A DNA stretch of 64,000 nucleotides from Trichoplax adhaerens (taxonomy: Eukaryota; Animalia; Placozoa). Made by a program: the position numbers and the translations under genes. Under the pieces are notes generated by a model, which did no database searches, was not told the origin of the DNA, and saw only the letters and a list, made by a program, of their open reading frames with translations. The DNA lies in assembly GCF_000150275.1 (NCBI RefSeq), contig NW_002060953.1, positions 481,432-545,431 on the forward strand. The letters run 5' to 3'. Below, piece after piece: positions 38,633 through 52,322 of the stretch (position 1 is the first letter of the stretch; every line of letters begins with the position of its first letter).

Positions 38633-40770
38633 ATATTAATATTATTAATTGATAGGAATAATTATGTTAAGATAAAATTGCAATTTAATAATATTTATAT
38701 CCAAATACTTCAAATACAAGATTTACGTATAAAATGCTTTTCTTGGATATAATTTTTATAAATTTCTACTATATACTATCGTTCTATATGGCAATACTTA
38801 GCCTTCACGAACACAAAAAATTATCTTCCTATACATATTTATCTTTTGTACATTAAATAGTTTCAAGTAGAGTACTAATATCTTATTAGAAATAGTTATA
38901 TGAGAGAATTTGTATGTATGTATGCAAATGATTTGCCATTATGCATACAAGTTACTACTTTTAATTGGTCATCGTGGATAAGATAGACACCATCTATGTA
39001 CAACGCTGACAAAAGTTTGGCTGATATCACTCCTATATTGTAAGCGTAGACTTCTGTATCACTTTTATGTGTGGTGTCTGTCATGCATTATTGTCAATGC
39101 ACGTAGTTGTAATGTATAAATGATTTCAGAGTATACTTGACTAGATAGAGGATATTGATTGAATGTTATATGTTAAAATTATATGTTATTTCTCACGAGA
39201 ATGATGCCAAGGTTACTTATTGCCATCCATTACAGCTGTTGTATTCGGAAACAGTTAGAGTAGATAACCGTAAATGTCAAATCACGATAGGCTTTGAACT
39301 GTATGAACGCTTTTTTAAATACAGAATTACTAGCGAAACAAGAAATGCTTGTTGAGTAGGCAGATGCGTAAACTGTATTACCGACACTGAGAATCGTTTG
39401 GTACAAAGATCAATCTACTGATATTGTAGGTTTTAGCATGCGCGTATAGCGATGGAACTGATTAGTTAGTAAAAAGGATAAGGCCTTTCTCTATTTGCTA
39501 CTTTGATGGTGATGGATTTATACTTGGTACAAAGTAAATTAAACGAAGTTTAAGTTTGCTGTTACACAAAATACCTTGTACTGTAATTCATACTTGTACT
39601 CTTTTAATTAATCGCTACTACACATAGGGCTAGGGTATAAGGCAATATTATCTACAGTTGCTATAGTACTCATAATTAGCGTCAGAATTCCACGAAAGAT
39701 TACGTGCAAGATGTTAGTGTTATAACATGAGCATTGATTGGTACAAGATGTACATTGAATTAGCCAATCTTTCACGTTCAGAAAGTTACGTTTTGTTACT
39801 GAGGAAATAAGCATCTTTCAGTACGTACAGTATGTCATCCACCTAGGAGCCCTATAAAGCTGGGCATACGATACATATAATAAATATCTAGATTGATCAT
39901 AGACTTTGAGTAGCAATTATAAGTGATTGTAGTACTATGTCACCATTGCAATATTTTGTCATAATTAAATATATGACCGATGTTGGAGTACGTATGAAGC
40001 CTATTTAAAAGCATCACGGTTATTCGACCGACTAGCTGCTATATTACGTTGGGATTCAGAGAATATCTAGTACAAGTAAATCTGGATTTATCTTATAAAA
40101 GAATTTACAATAACATTTCAATAGAGATATATTATCGGATAACAAGGCATTCAGAGCCATAGGCAAACGAGTAGAACGTAGGCACATTTAATCGAGTATT
40201 TACATTTATTATTGGCATACACGTAGATTAAGTAATGTAAGCCGGCTATGCCCAAAAGTAGACTTTCAAATGGTTATAATTGCAAATTTTGTGAGAAAGA
40301 GAGATCAAGGTGTCCTTACAAAGTGACAAACTATAGATTAATTTTTGCTACAGTAGTAGTTTTTGTAACTTCATAAATAATATACCAAAGTGATAGAAAT
40401 AAACTAAGAACTAATCAAAGCAAATACATTTGGCTGATAGTCTTACAATGTACTGTATATAAACTGTAAGTATGCCGTGATTATTCTTTTAGTATAGGTT
40501 GATGCAAAGATTTTTGTTTTAATAATGAGTTATACGGGATAATATAAATAGATAAAAAATAACGTAAGGATTACGCTAAAGTAGAAGTTTGCAGAAAAAT
40601 GATTTCGGAAGTATGGAAAGATAACATTAGAAGGATTAGACAATATTAATTGATTAAGACGAAAAATTTTAGCATCTGATGCTAGTTCTAATTGTGCTCG
40701 ATAATAATTAATTAAATAAAACCAGGATTACTACCATTAGTTTTCGGTATTATTATTTTACAGGGGGTTG

Positions 40771-43681
40771 CTATCGCTGAGCATCATTCTTTTCATTTTC
40801 GGGAGAATTTGTTAAAACGGAAGTATCTAAGGGCAATCGCTTTCCTTTACAGAAAAAAAACCAGTCATAAAACAATTAACGTTGAATAGATACGTATCTT
40901 TAATCATTTAAGATTTAAAATAGGAGTATACTGTATGTATCATGGATAGAATTATAAAAAATTTTCATTTATTACAGTATTGGTACGGTATACATCTACG
41001 ATTTGAGGATTCGACATTATTCTAATTAATTAATAACGAGTAACATGTAATATTTAAATTTTGTAAACATATATAAAGAACTTACTTAACGCTTGGTTGA
41101 CTAATTCTCTGTTGAACCTATCTTCCCTTTTGAATTTATTCTAAGATTTTGAATTGCAATAATAATTGATTAGATTAGATTGAGTTAGCTTGCATAGACG
41201 AAAATGTCAATATCTAGATGTCTAACCTTTAATTCATTTCTATCTCGTTTAGGAAAGACTAGTCTTCGCATTAAGCTAAAATCGGTACCAACTTGACTAA
41301 GGGCGCGATAAAATTTATTTGTTTCTAATGTGTTCACAAAGAATAGAGAACGTCAAAGAGTAAAATTAAAATTATTGCCGCTAATCAATCTAGCAAATTG
41401 TCATGGTATTTTAAAATTGTAGCATTGCATTAGAGTAAAGCACTTTATGTTCTTGATTCTAACCTCCAACATTCCATCTATCGGTGGTTGATTTTTTCTT
41501 ATACGATCGATATGTAGGTAAGGCATCACTTTCATCAATTACAGCCGCTAATTCATAAGTTTCGCTAGCTGCTTCCACTACTAAACTATCTTCGTTCAGA
41601 ATGATTTTACCGTTAGGACCGATACTAACTTGAGGCGCTCTATTTTCACGATCAGGTAGTCGATCTGGTTTCTCTTGGAAATCTTCATTTTCGTTTGTAT
41701 CATTACTCTCGATCGCGTTTATATCATGATCGTCAGTAGGATCGACAGCGGCTTCTTGATATTTATGTTTCATGGGATTTGTTGAAGGGTTGTAATAGAT
41801 TAAGTCGCTCATTGTCATTTGACTGCAGTCCAAAGATTGTGACACAGTTTTCTTTTTCAGTCGGCGTCTTTTATTACCAACGCTATCATTACTGTTATGG
41901 TACGATTGTCCTCTTTTCTCCTTACTTGAATTGCTATCTACCTTATTGAATCGATTCCTAGTTAATCGACCAGTTGGCAAGTTTACATTTTGATGGTCAC
42001 GTTCATTGGTATTTTCATGATAGTTTGCATTAAAGTATGATCCGTTAGGATTGTTATTGATGATTAAATTATCATCTTTGTTTTTATTAAGGTTGGTATC
42101 GGCATCATTGAGTTGTGAAAGGTGGGTTTCATTATTTTCATCCATAGTTGGAGTTACCTCATTTGCGGTAACTACACTAGGGACGGCTCGTTTTCTTCCT
42201 GCAGTTGTATAGGAAGGATTACTTTGATTGGAATGATCATTTCTTGTCGTCTAAATTGAAAGAGAGAGAATAAAAATGTCATTATTTCTAAATCAAATTT
42301 TGTGCAGTGCAATAATTACAGTATGTTGGTTGATGTCAGAACTAATTGATTATGATCATTGGCTGCTATAGGCAATGCATCATATCATCATTATCGGTGG
42401 TGTTGAGCATGATTGAATAGTAAATTAACTGTAGTGAAATTCTTTGCAGCTCTGATGTTAACCAATGCTATGCTGTATACCAAAGTATCGTCAATTATTT
42501 GTGCATTCCCTTTTTGGAATAGAGTATACAGAACAGTAATGACTGCTACTGTATGATGGTCATATTAATCCTGTTTGAGATTGGGTATGTCTAAGCGTAT
42601 CTAGATTGAATATAAAATTCTTCAAAGTTCATTTTATGGTTCACGAAATGATGCACAACCGGTAAAGTAGAATCTATTGGTTGACAGTATGCAACACAGA
42701 ATGGAACCAAGTACAATTTAGGCTAACTCATCTTGTATGTTGATTAAAGGCAAATGCTAAAGAAAAATTTAAATGGACATGGAATAGCCTATTCTCATTT
42801 ATACATTGGAAGAAGATTGGAATGGATTTGACCAATGGAATCTACTGTCATGCTTGATGATATGGTGTAAAACGCTATTGATTTCTTCATCATGATGTCA
42901 TGCATGGATGGAAACGAGCATCCATGTAGTAAGTTGATGGCAATTTACCTGTACATTATCCGATAGTATTGGTTGACTGAGATGGCGAAATCTTCTTGTT
43001 AAACCAGGAGATGCTTGTGTATTGATTGATTGGCCTGATGTATTTTGAGTTGGTTTTGCATTCTTGATCTTTGATCGCAATCGTCCGTTGACCTATAGGC
43101 ATGTATAAACATTTCACCATTAAACAATCGATGGTATGAAATGAACAATGGTCTACTTGGACGCAATTCTCATCAATCGTGGCAAGAATTGCATGCTTAC
43201 GCTCGATATCGTCACTAAAGTATTGCTATAATGAAACTTTGGGTTATCTTTGTAGGTATATAGTGCATATTATTTGACTGAACTATCGTTGTATTGGCTA
43301 AATGGATAATTTGATCAATTGGTTGCTAACTTATGTCGATATTGTTCAGGCAATACTTACATCTTGTGTTGTTGTTTTGCTAGGCGTAGTTCCTTTTCTC
43401 GATCGGATAGCATCATTGACTGCTAACGTGGATGAAACACCACTCTCTGATGGTTGATCTTTTTCAGTAGCCCCATCGAGGTGGTCTATCTGATGAGGAT
43501 TGAAATCATCCGATGCATGGCCATTTGTTGATTGGGAAGTATTTCCTTCTGGCGATGCTGTTGTTGGTGATAGATTGTGATCGTTGGATGATGATGTTGA
43601 TGTGTTATTACTACCATGGGTAGTATTGCATCGTCGAATGTGACGCGATGCAATATTGGGGGTAAATTTCTCCCGAGGCAT
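40771..43681 (-). CDS. BDP1: TFIIIB subunit B'' (Bdp1), compact form with SANT/Myb domain
   Basis: Exons ~43681-43361, 43092-42949, 42250-41464, 41324-41227, 41140-41086, 40844-40771. Motifs MTMSDLIYYNPSTNPM, APQVSIGPNGKIILNEDSL and RWNVGETNKFYRALSQVGTDFSLMRRLVFPKRDRNELKNKFKRED. Confidence 0.93.
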
Positions 43682-44287
43682 AGTTGAAACCTAGACTTGA
43701 ATAAAGACTTGGCTGTACACCCTGAAGTGATATCACTTCAAGATTACTTGGTTGTTAATGGACGATCCAAGAAGTTGCTATTCCAATCTAATGAATTCTT
43801 CAAGTATTTTCCAATAGCAATAAGGTGCAAGTGGCTTAATCTTCACTCAATTGATCGATTGCTTTCGCAGAAGGATCATCCTTCTCGCCTACACTCTTCT
43901 ATCACCAATGTTGTAATAGCAATCGACGATCATCTACTCTCTTCCTTTAACGGTTAACAACACCAACAATCCTGCAAGATTAAGGCGGATTGGGGAGAAA
44001 AGATGGCAGACAAAATTGCTGTCGGATGAGAAAATGGTTCTCCTGTCAACAGTGTACAGTATAGCCTGGGTTGGATAAGCCTACTAGAGGCCTGTAGTCT
44101 AATTACGCCGTGTAAGGGACATTAGCCAGCAGTCTAACCGTTGTAGACGTCAGCCATACATGATACTATTGCCTGCTATAACTATGGTGTGTAGCATGCA
44201 GTAGTAGTGATACTTTTCCACTGGACAGACAGGAACGGACGGAGTCCTTGGTCAATCTCTACTTACAATAGACATGTTTGAGTCGAA

Positions 44288-44548
44288 TCATAAGAGTAGC
44301 GCGGATATTCGAAAGCCGCGAATCCAATCGGATTCGAAGTCGGATCTTAATCCGACTGCAATGGACGCTGTCCGTCGGTAAAATTCTTGAAGATTGATTG
44401 GAAATAAAATGGAATGAGTCATAAGAGCAGTGCGAATATTCGAAAGCCGCGAATCCAATCGGATTCGAAGTCGGATCTTAATCTGACTGCAATGGACGCT
44501 GTCCATCGGTAAAATTCTTGAAGATTGATTGGAAATAAAATGGAATGA
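44288..44548. repeat. 2 x 131-bp tandem unit, each with three consecutive hairpins
   Basis: Units start 'tcataagag' at 44288 and 44419; stems CGAATCC/GGATTCG, AGTCGGAT/ATC(C/T)GACT and ATGGAC/GTCC(G/A)T. Confidence 0.93.
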
Positions 44549-44574
44549 ATTGACTTTTTGCACGCGTTAAATTG

Positions 44575-45255
44575 CGGTATTTTATTCCCCTTTTTTCCCC
44601 ACTCTCAAGGGTATATTTTCAATGATTACATAGTTAAAAAAGAATTTGCTTCATTTTTGATTGCTTCCGAGTGTTTTGATTGCTTCCGAGTGTTACGGTA
44701 TATGACGCCATTTTGCACGGTATATTCTTTTTTTCCTGCTCTCAAGGGTATATTTTCAATAATTACAGTGTTGCAATAATTTGTTCCACTTTTTATTGCT
44801 TACGAGTATTATGGTATGTTATTACGATATATTATTTTTTTCCTCTTTTTTTCTTGCTTTCAAGAGTATATTTTCAATGATTACAGTATCAAAAAAGAAT
44901 TCGCTCCATTTTTGATTGCTTCCGAGTATTAAGGTATATGACGCCATTTTGCACGGTATATTATATTCTTTTTTTCCTGCTCTCAAAGGGTATATTTTCA
45001 ATGATTACAGCGTCGCAATAATTTGTTCCACTTTTTATTGCTTACGAGTATTATGGTATGTTATTACAATATATTATTTTTTCCTGCTCTCAAGAGTATA
45101 TTTTCAATGATTACAGTATCAAAAATAATTTGCCCAACTTTTTATTGCTTCCGAGTATTACGGTATATTATTACGGCATTCTACACGGTATAGTATTTTT
45201 CCCCTTTTTTGCCTACTCTCAAGAGTAAGAAAAAATGATTACAGTATCAAAAATA
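44575..45255. repeat. Tandem repeat, ~6 units of ~105-137 bp with alternating subtypes
   Basis: Anchor 'ctcaag(a/g)gtatattttcaatgattacag' near 44604, 44741, 44859, 44982, 45088, 45218. Confidence 0.92.
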
Positions 45256-46680
45256 GATTGCCCAATCTGCTTCAATTTCAAAAATTGTCGAAATCCAACC
45301 CGATTTTACGCATTGGCCGAAGAACCTTCTACATACAAGTAGAATAAAGTGAAGTGGAAGGTGAAATATCGCTTGTTGTTGTGGTATTTTGAAGGTAGGC
45401 CAATAATGGGATAGCATGGACGCAAGGAAGGTTTCTTCCACCATCCTAGTCAATGTCCTCCTAGCGCTATACTATACATCCTGTACTATGGCTGACTATA
45501 GAAGGAGTATACTGTAGAACAAAACTATTTTACACAGAGGTAGCAGACAATTTGAAAAATTGTCCAAATCCAACCCGATTTTACGGATTGCCCGAAGAAC
45601 CTTCTACATACAAGTAGAATACAAGCAAATGGAAATATTACCTGTTGGAGTATTTTGAAGGTAGGATTATACTGTAGAACAAAACTATTTTGCATCATCG
45701 GTCCAGAGGTAGCGGACAATTTCAAAATTTTATCCAAATCCAACCCGATTTTACGCATTGCCCGAAGAACCTTCTACATGCAGGGTGTCTCATCAAAAAT
45801 CGACGACGATTGAAGTTCTATGAAAACACAATTTCAACACCAAATTAGACAAATTTGGTATCAGTCTATTGCAAATAAGACGCTTTATGTAAATATGTAA
45901 TTTCAATTTACATAAAAACCTTCCACATACAAGTAGAATACAGGCAAGTGGAAATATTGCTTGTCGGAGTATTTTGAAGGTAGGATTATACTGTACAACA
46001 AAACTATTTTTGCATCATCGGTCAGAGGTAGCGGACAATTTGAAAATTATCCAAATCCAACCCGATTTTACGCATTGCCCGAAGAACCTGCTATATGCAG
46101 GGTGTCTCATCGAAAATCGACGACGATTGAAGTTCTATGAAAACACAATTTCAACACCAAATTAGACAACTTTGGTATCAGTCTGTTGCAAATAAGACGC
46201 TTTATGTAAATATGTAATTTCAATTGACATAAAAACCTTCTACATACAAGGAGATTAAAGGCAAGTGGAAATATTGCTTGTCGGAGTATTTTGATGGTAG
46301 GATTATACTGTACAACAAAACTATTTTTGCATCATCGGTCCAGAGGTAGCGGACAATTTGAAAATTATCCAAATCCAACCCGATTTTACGCATTGCCCGA
46401 AGAACCTGCTATGTGCAGGGTGTCTCATCGAAAATCGACGACGATTGAAGTTCTATGAAAACACAATTTCAACACCAAATTAGACAAATTTGGTATCAGT
46501 CTGTTGCAAATAAGACGCTTTATGTAAATATGTAATTTCAATTGACATAAAAACCTTCTACATACAAGGAGATTAAAGGCAAGTGGAAATATTACTTGTT
46601 GGAGTATATTTTAAAAGGGAGGTTGATAATCGGACATCATGGACGTAAGGAAGTTTTCTTCCACCATCGTAGTCGACCCA
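45255..46680. repeat. Composite tandem repeat (periods 275, 170, 317, 318 bp)
   Basis: Anchor 'aatccaacccgattttac' at 45292, 45567, 45737, 46054, 46372. Confidence 0.95.
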
Positions 46681-46911
46681 GTACAAGTACATGTATTATG
46701 ATTGCATACTGTATGTAGTATACCGTACTATGGTAATAGTGCCTATCCTATGGCTGAGTAGAGGAGTCTACAGTACAACAAAACTCAGCCTGGCTGTACT
46801 GTATGTGTCCGCTCCCGGGACCGTCCGCACGCCCATCCATCCGACGCAACCATCCACCTGGCTTTTGCTCGAGGTGCTGCCATTAGTACAAAAGCCATCC
46901 AAGAATTCATC

Positions 46912-49900
46912 ATGGCGCTGTCTACCAAAGACATGAATTCTCTGCTTAGGTAAGAATGATCATTTCCAATCGATATCCTTGTCCAATACCTCATTTATTC
47001 GTAAGGATAATGTATTGATGTTCGTGGAGAATCCTTTGATTGCCATGATAAAGTGGTAGATCTACTGTAAATAGTCTTGAAAGTTGAACTCGTCTATGAC
47101 AAGGTTATTGTCGTCGAGGACGAAACAAGTTCCAACGCCAGTCTACAATTGCTTTTACGACGAGCCGGCATCAACTCGGATTTGATTTTGACACTCTTGT
47201 ATCTACCTGTACTCATAATTTCATATAGCTATTCGTGCTTTATTAGCTGTTATTCATTGGCCATGACAGAGGATGCCATTTTTTCATTCAATGCAATGGA
47301 ATCGTCTAATCGAATTATGAATAAGGGAAACTTTCACATACAACAACTTGAAAGGCAAATTCATTCTGCTATTCGATTGATCATGCTGCTTGAACACGTT
47401 CACTATTGGCGATCATCGACTCAACATGCCGATAACATAGTCTGTGCTTAATCAATCATCTGATGCATACAGTTTTACTTCACTTAGCAAGGCTAAAGCT
47501 ATGAGCCATGGCATGTTGATCTCTCAATCAGTATTACGATGCCAAAACGATCAACTCTGTCCTTCGTTGATCACGCCATTGATCCATGTCATGATTGCAA
47601 TTACTTTGAAATTGCAATCTTTCAACCTCATCAATCACAAAGATGGAACAGAAAGGGATCAATCCTTCTATTCTTTCTGTTACATCAACAAGTAAGATTG
47701 GCTTGCAGTCATTTTATCCTTGGCTAATAGCCTATTCTATCTATACACTAACTTGGATAGACTTTGGGTAAAGACTGTATCCCATCTTCTGCTTTGCTTG
47801 AGCCATTTTATTTTACTAGATAGACGCAAAATATTCACAAACCTCGCTCGCTTGCAATCATAAGTAGTAATAGCAGTGTGTGATAGATGATGCAGGGTAT
47901 TTCACCCAGTCTAAATCTCAATATCCAATCACAATGATGGATTGATGAAAGCATCACTGTCTTAAATAGTACCATCATGACTATCATTAGTAGCCATAAA
48001 ATGAACATGATTTACAATTTCAACCCTGTGGTGAAAATTACTTTTCTTTCCTTTGCTATTTTGATTGTGACATCTAGTGTTATTTCCGAAGAAAATTTGA
48101 CTGTATCTTCCTTGGAATCTTTGGCCTCTTCTGTTCATCATTTCTTCGGTAGACAGGATCATTTCAAGTTAGGAACAGCGATGGTAAGAGAGATTAAAGT
48201 CATTTTCTAATCTTTTTTTTTTTGGACCGATATAATGATACTAAATACATTAATTTTATCAATGGCGATACTTAATTTATACAGTGTAAATTTGCTGACA
48301 TGCAATTGTATGATAGTTAGCATTGCACTATTTTATATCGTCATTTTAAAATCATCTTTCCTATGGTAACTACGACTGTCAACAGGGTCATTATGTGTAA
48401 TAACATGCTCCAAAGTAGCAATAGTCACATTATAGTCATGACAAACGCTACCAAAGTATAATATTGACAACAACTATTTATTCAATGATGATTTATTCAC
48501 GCCTGGCTCAAAGTATCCATATTATGCGGCTACTTCATACTTTTATGCTATTGAATTTCGATATCGGATTGCTATCAAGGTCTGCAAAAATTAAATTTCC
48601 CTTTCTTTACTGTACTTAGCTGTACCTAGGATAAAATTTTGATACCTAGCGCATTAATCGTCAATCATGTTGATGTCCTTGTAAAATGCAAGAATAATAG
48701 ACTTGCTAACAAAGTATCAATATCATAATTTTTAATATCCATTTTGTGTGAAATTCGCGGATTCAAAGGCTTTTCAGTCTTGCCGATATAGAATGAAGTA
48801 TCGACATATGAATGTGCAAACATACTTCCGTTAATCGAATTCATTCTATATAGATATACATTACTAGTGTAAGAAAGATACATACTGTGCAATATTCTAT
48901 AATTATGCTATTTTTGAATATGTTTCCTATTAATGATACGATACTAGTCGCGCTTCTATCACTTTCCCAGTGTGAAGAATAATATAATAGACTAATCTCC
49001 TACTTATTTGAAAACAATTTTGACCATTTTTGATGCAGATGATGGCCTTAACAGTTTTGAATATCATTTGAATGTTTGAAAGTGATCATAAACTTAAAAA
49101 AACTTCTTTTTTTTTACAGCTACTTTATCAAACTGCTATATAATGCGTATTGGCAATGTGTATGATAGTGTTAGAGCTACCCTATATTGCTACCACTCTT
49201 GATATCCGTGTCGATCGATACAATGTAATAATAGTACATTCGATTGATTGTAATGACAGAAATTATTATCACACAACTACCAGTACGATCCTATATTGCT
49301 TTAAAATCGTACTAGCTCTATGCACTTTTCATTTTTCGTAGACAAGAAGAAAACTGTTATACTGTGCAGGATCAATGACTATAAACAATAAATAAAATAT
49401 TAATGTCTTTTGTTCATGTTGGAAAATAGACGGTTTTACTGCAGCAATCGGACCTGCTCTCTGGTTCCGCTCAGAAATGTGCTATCATCTATCTGCTATA
49501 TGATATGTACCGTAACGAACCAATTACATCAAATCCTTTCGCTACCGTGTTTGCTTATTTAATGCTGGATAAGGTAATCAATCGATCACGACTGCTCGTG
49601 GGAACGTAGCTATATATCACATTGTTATATTTTTTAGCAACTGTATCGTCATGACAAATATCGGGTGCATTGCTAACTCTATTCAATATATAGCTAGCAC
49701 AAGTGGACGTACTCTAACCGTTTGAAATGACTATTAATACTTTGTATCTATCGGATCTTTCTTGGTCTTTTCGCATGTAGGATCAGTCTAGTGATATTGG
49801 TGTTCCAGAAAAGACTCTGTTGCCACCTTTGACACCGGTTGAAAAGAATTTCTTATACCAACTTATCAAAGGGCCACCATCAAAAGATGTAAGTTGTTTA

Positions 49901-51994
49901 TTACTGAATAAGGAAAAAGTTATAACTCTATTTTTATACAATATATTGATTTTGCTAGTTATGATTATGTTGCGACTTGACACAGAATAACCTTGACAAA
50001 TAGAGAATAAAATTCTTCATGCTTTACATTCAAAATTCAGTTGCAAAAGAAGACGCCTACCCAAGTTGCTAATGGAGAAGCTGATCCCAATCAAGTGTAT
50101 GATGTAGAACCGTTTCTAGAGATTTTACGGTCACGATTTGTCCAAACCCCGTTATGTAATAAATCTGGAATATCTTGTGTTATAGCCGATCCAGATAATG
50201 AGAAAAGGTACCGTAGTCCTGTCTATCGATCCTTTCCTTACTTGATAATAGTAAATTATTGACTATACCATGGTAGTTCATAAAATTGTTGGCATCGATT
50301 TCATATAGATTATAGCTGACGATAGTTAACTAATCTGTATAATTAAATCTTGTAATTGTTCAATAGTATGACGTTTGATATCAACGAAAAGTCTCAAGTG
50401 ATTGAATCGTTACTAACTGGAGAGTGTTCGGTAGTAACGAAAGCTTTCCAACCTGATTTCTGTTGTCTTGTTCCTCCCTTATTGAAATACGATAATGAAG
50501 TAGGTTTATGTTCTGAACATAAATAAGACGATACACATAACTGCATTCTACTGATTTACCAAACTGTTTGTGTACCTACCTTTGTTTGAGCAAAACGTAA
50601 GTGTTGTAATAATTTGACTGCATTAGTTGACGTTTATGATTCCTGATGGTGAAGAACGCGAATTTGAATGGGATAGAACAATGTGCACTAGTAATAGTGT
50701 CGGTACGTAATCCAGTGTTAGTTAAATTATCTTCTAATACTTTTGCAACTTTAGGCATATGCTAAACTATTCATTGAATTTATAACCATAGGTCTAGAAG
50801 TTCGCAGATTAATTGCTAAAGCTTTTACTGGAGCCTTGTCAGCCCAAGAACAACAGGTATGTTATTGTAATCTATTTTGGATTGGTAGTTGCTCACTATC
50901 TGATATGATTATTTTTGTCAATATTCTACTACAGCAAGTTCTTTCCGAATTAGAAAAGGATCAAAAGTTAGTGTACCATATTGGAATTACTCCGAGTAAG
51001 GTAAAAAGAAATACGCCTACTTCCCAGAAAGTAATTGGGTATTTATTACGTTGGTTATTCGCCATTAAGTCATTTTACCCTTTATTACATGTTTTTTCCT
51101 CTTGAAATTTAGTTACCTGATCTTGTTGAAAATAACCCACTAGTTGCTATTGAAGTATTATTGAAACTAATGAAATCAAACCAAATCTCTGAGTAAATTT
51201 AAAACTATCTAATCTTTTGAAGCAATAGTGAGATAAAAAACTTGAATATGAATAAGCAATGTACTTTATTTCTACGCAGATATTTTTCTACCTTGGTAAA
51301 TATGAATATGTCATTGCATTCTATGGAGGTGGTTAATCGCTTAACTACGGTACAACGTTAATCAGGATATTTCTCTGTACAATCGATTGGCTGCTAGCTA
51401 TCCGTTATGCCCATGCATATGATGAAATCTCTGTTTAACATACACATGTTATTAACTTGTAGGCTGTTGATCTTCCTCCAGAATTCCTTCAGTTGTATAT
51501 TTCCAACTGTATTTCTAGTTGTGAGAATACCAAGGATAAGTATATGCAGAGTCGTTTAGTTCGTCTGGTAAGCAAAATTTTGATCTTATTTCAATTGCAG
51601 CTATCACTCAATTGTACTCTTCTTTACGTACCTGTTTGAACAATTTACAATTCCTGTCAATAGGTTTGTGTATTCTTACAGTCTCTGATCAGAAATAAAA
51701 TTATTAATGTTCAAGTAAGTTATCAATTGGGGTTGACTGTACGCGTTTTGTTCATCAAGCGCCAATTGCTTCTCTTTCAAAGTCAAAATTTAAAGCAGTC
51801 GGTAATGTTTTTGTAATAGTCTATCATCATTGTACAATTCATAGGATTTATTCATCGAAGTACAAGCCTTCTGTATCGAGTTTAGTCGAATTAAGGAAGC
51901 CGCTTGTTTATTTCGCCTTTTAAAAAGCCTTGATCCAAATGAGTCAGATCAGAACAACAAAGATGCGAGAGACGGTGAAAAAGAGAACGAATAG
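46912..51994 (+). CDS. CNOT11: CCR4-NOT complex subunit 11 (14 exons)
   Basis: [12 protein letters not shown]|SVISEE...[13 protein letters not shown]|VLLQQSDLL...[18 protein letters not shown]...; C-terminal [91 protein letters not shown]. All introns GT-AG. Confidence 0.97.
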
Positions 51995-52174
51995 CGTTAA
52001 CTGAAGTTGTAATTACTTCGTTATTATCGAGTATTTTCTCAGACATAAATGCCCAATCGACTGTATTAAAAACTGTACATACAATAGGGTTAACTATTTT
52101 AGTACCTTTTGCCAGTCTTTGGCTGTCAATTCAAAATTCGAAGGTGTAACCAATTAAAAATCAAATTTCTTGGA

Positions 52175-52192
52175 AATAAATGTTATTTTATT
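52175..52192. terminator. Opposed AATAAA poly(A) signals between convergent genes
   Basis: AATAAA on + at 52175-52180 and on - at 52192-52187, within the 328-bp gap between the two stop codons. Confidence 0.5.
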
Positions 52193-52322
52193 TGTCACCG
52201 TTAATGGATGAACGATTCAATATTTGCATGTTTAATATAAGAATGACTATACCAGTAGGATGCTTTCGTGAAATTGGTCCTGCAACATACTATAGTCATT
52301 TTAATTTATCATAGTAACTTAG

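Noticed and set aside
42330-42400. Intronic C/D snoRNA in BDP1 (minus-strand ATGATGA...CTGA)
   Set aside because: Short C-to-D distance, weak terminal stem and no rRNA complement that I recognise.
48481-48556. Intronic C/D snoRNA in CNOT11 (ATGATGA with TTCAAT/ATTGAA stem)
   Set aside because: No CTGA D box before the closing stem.
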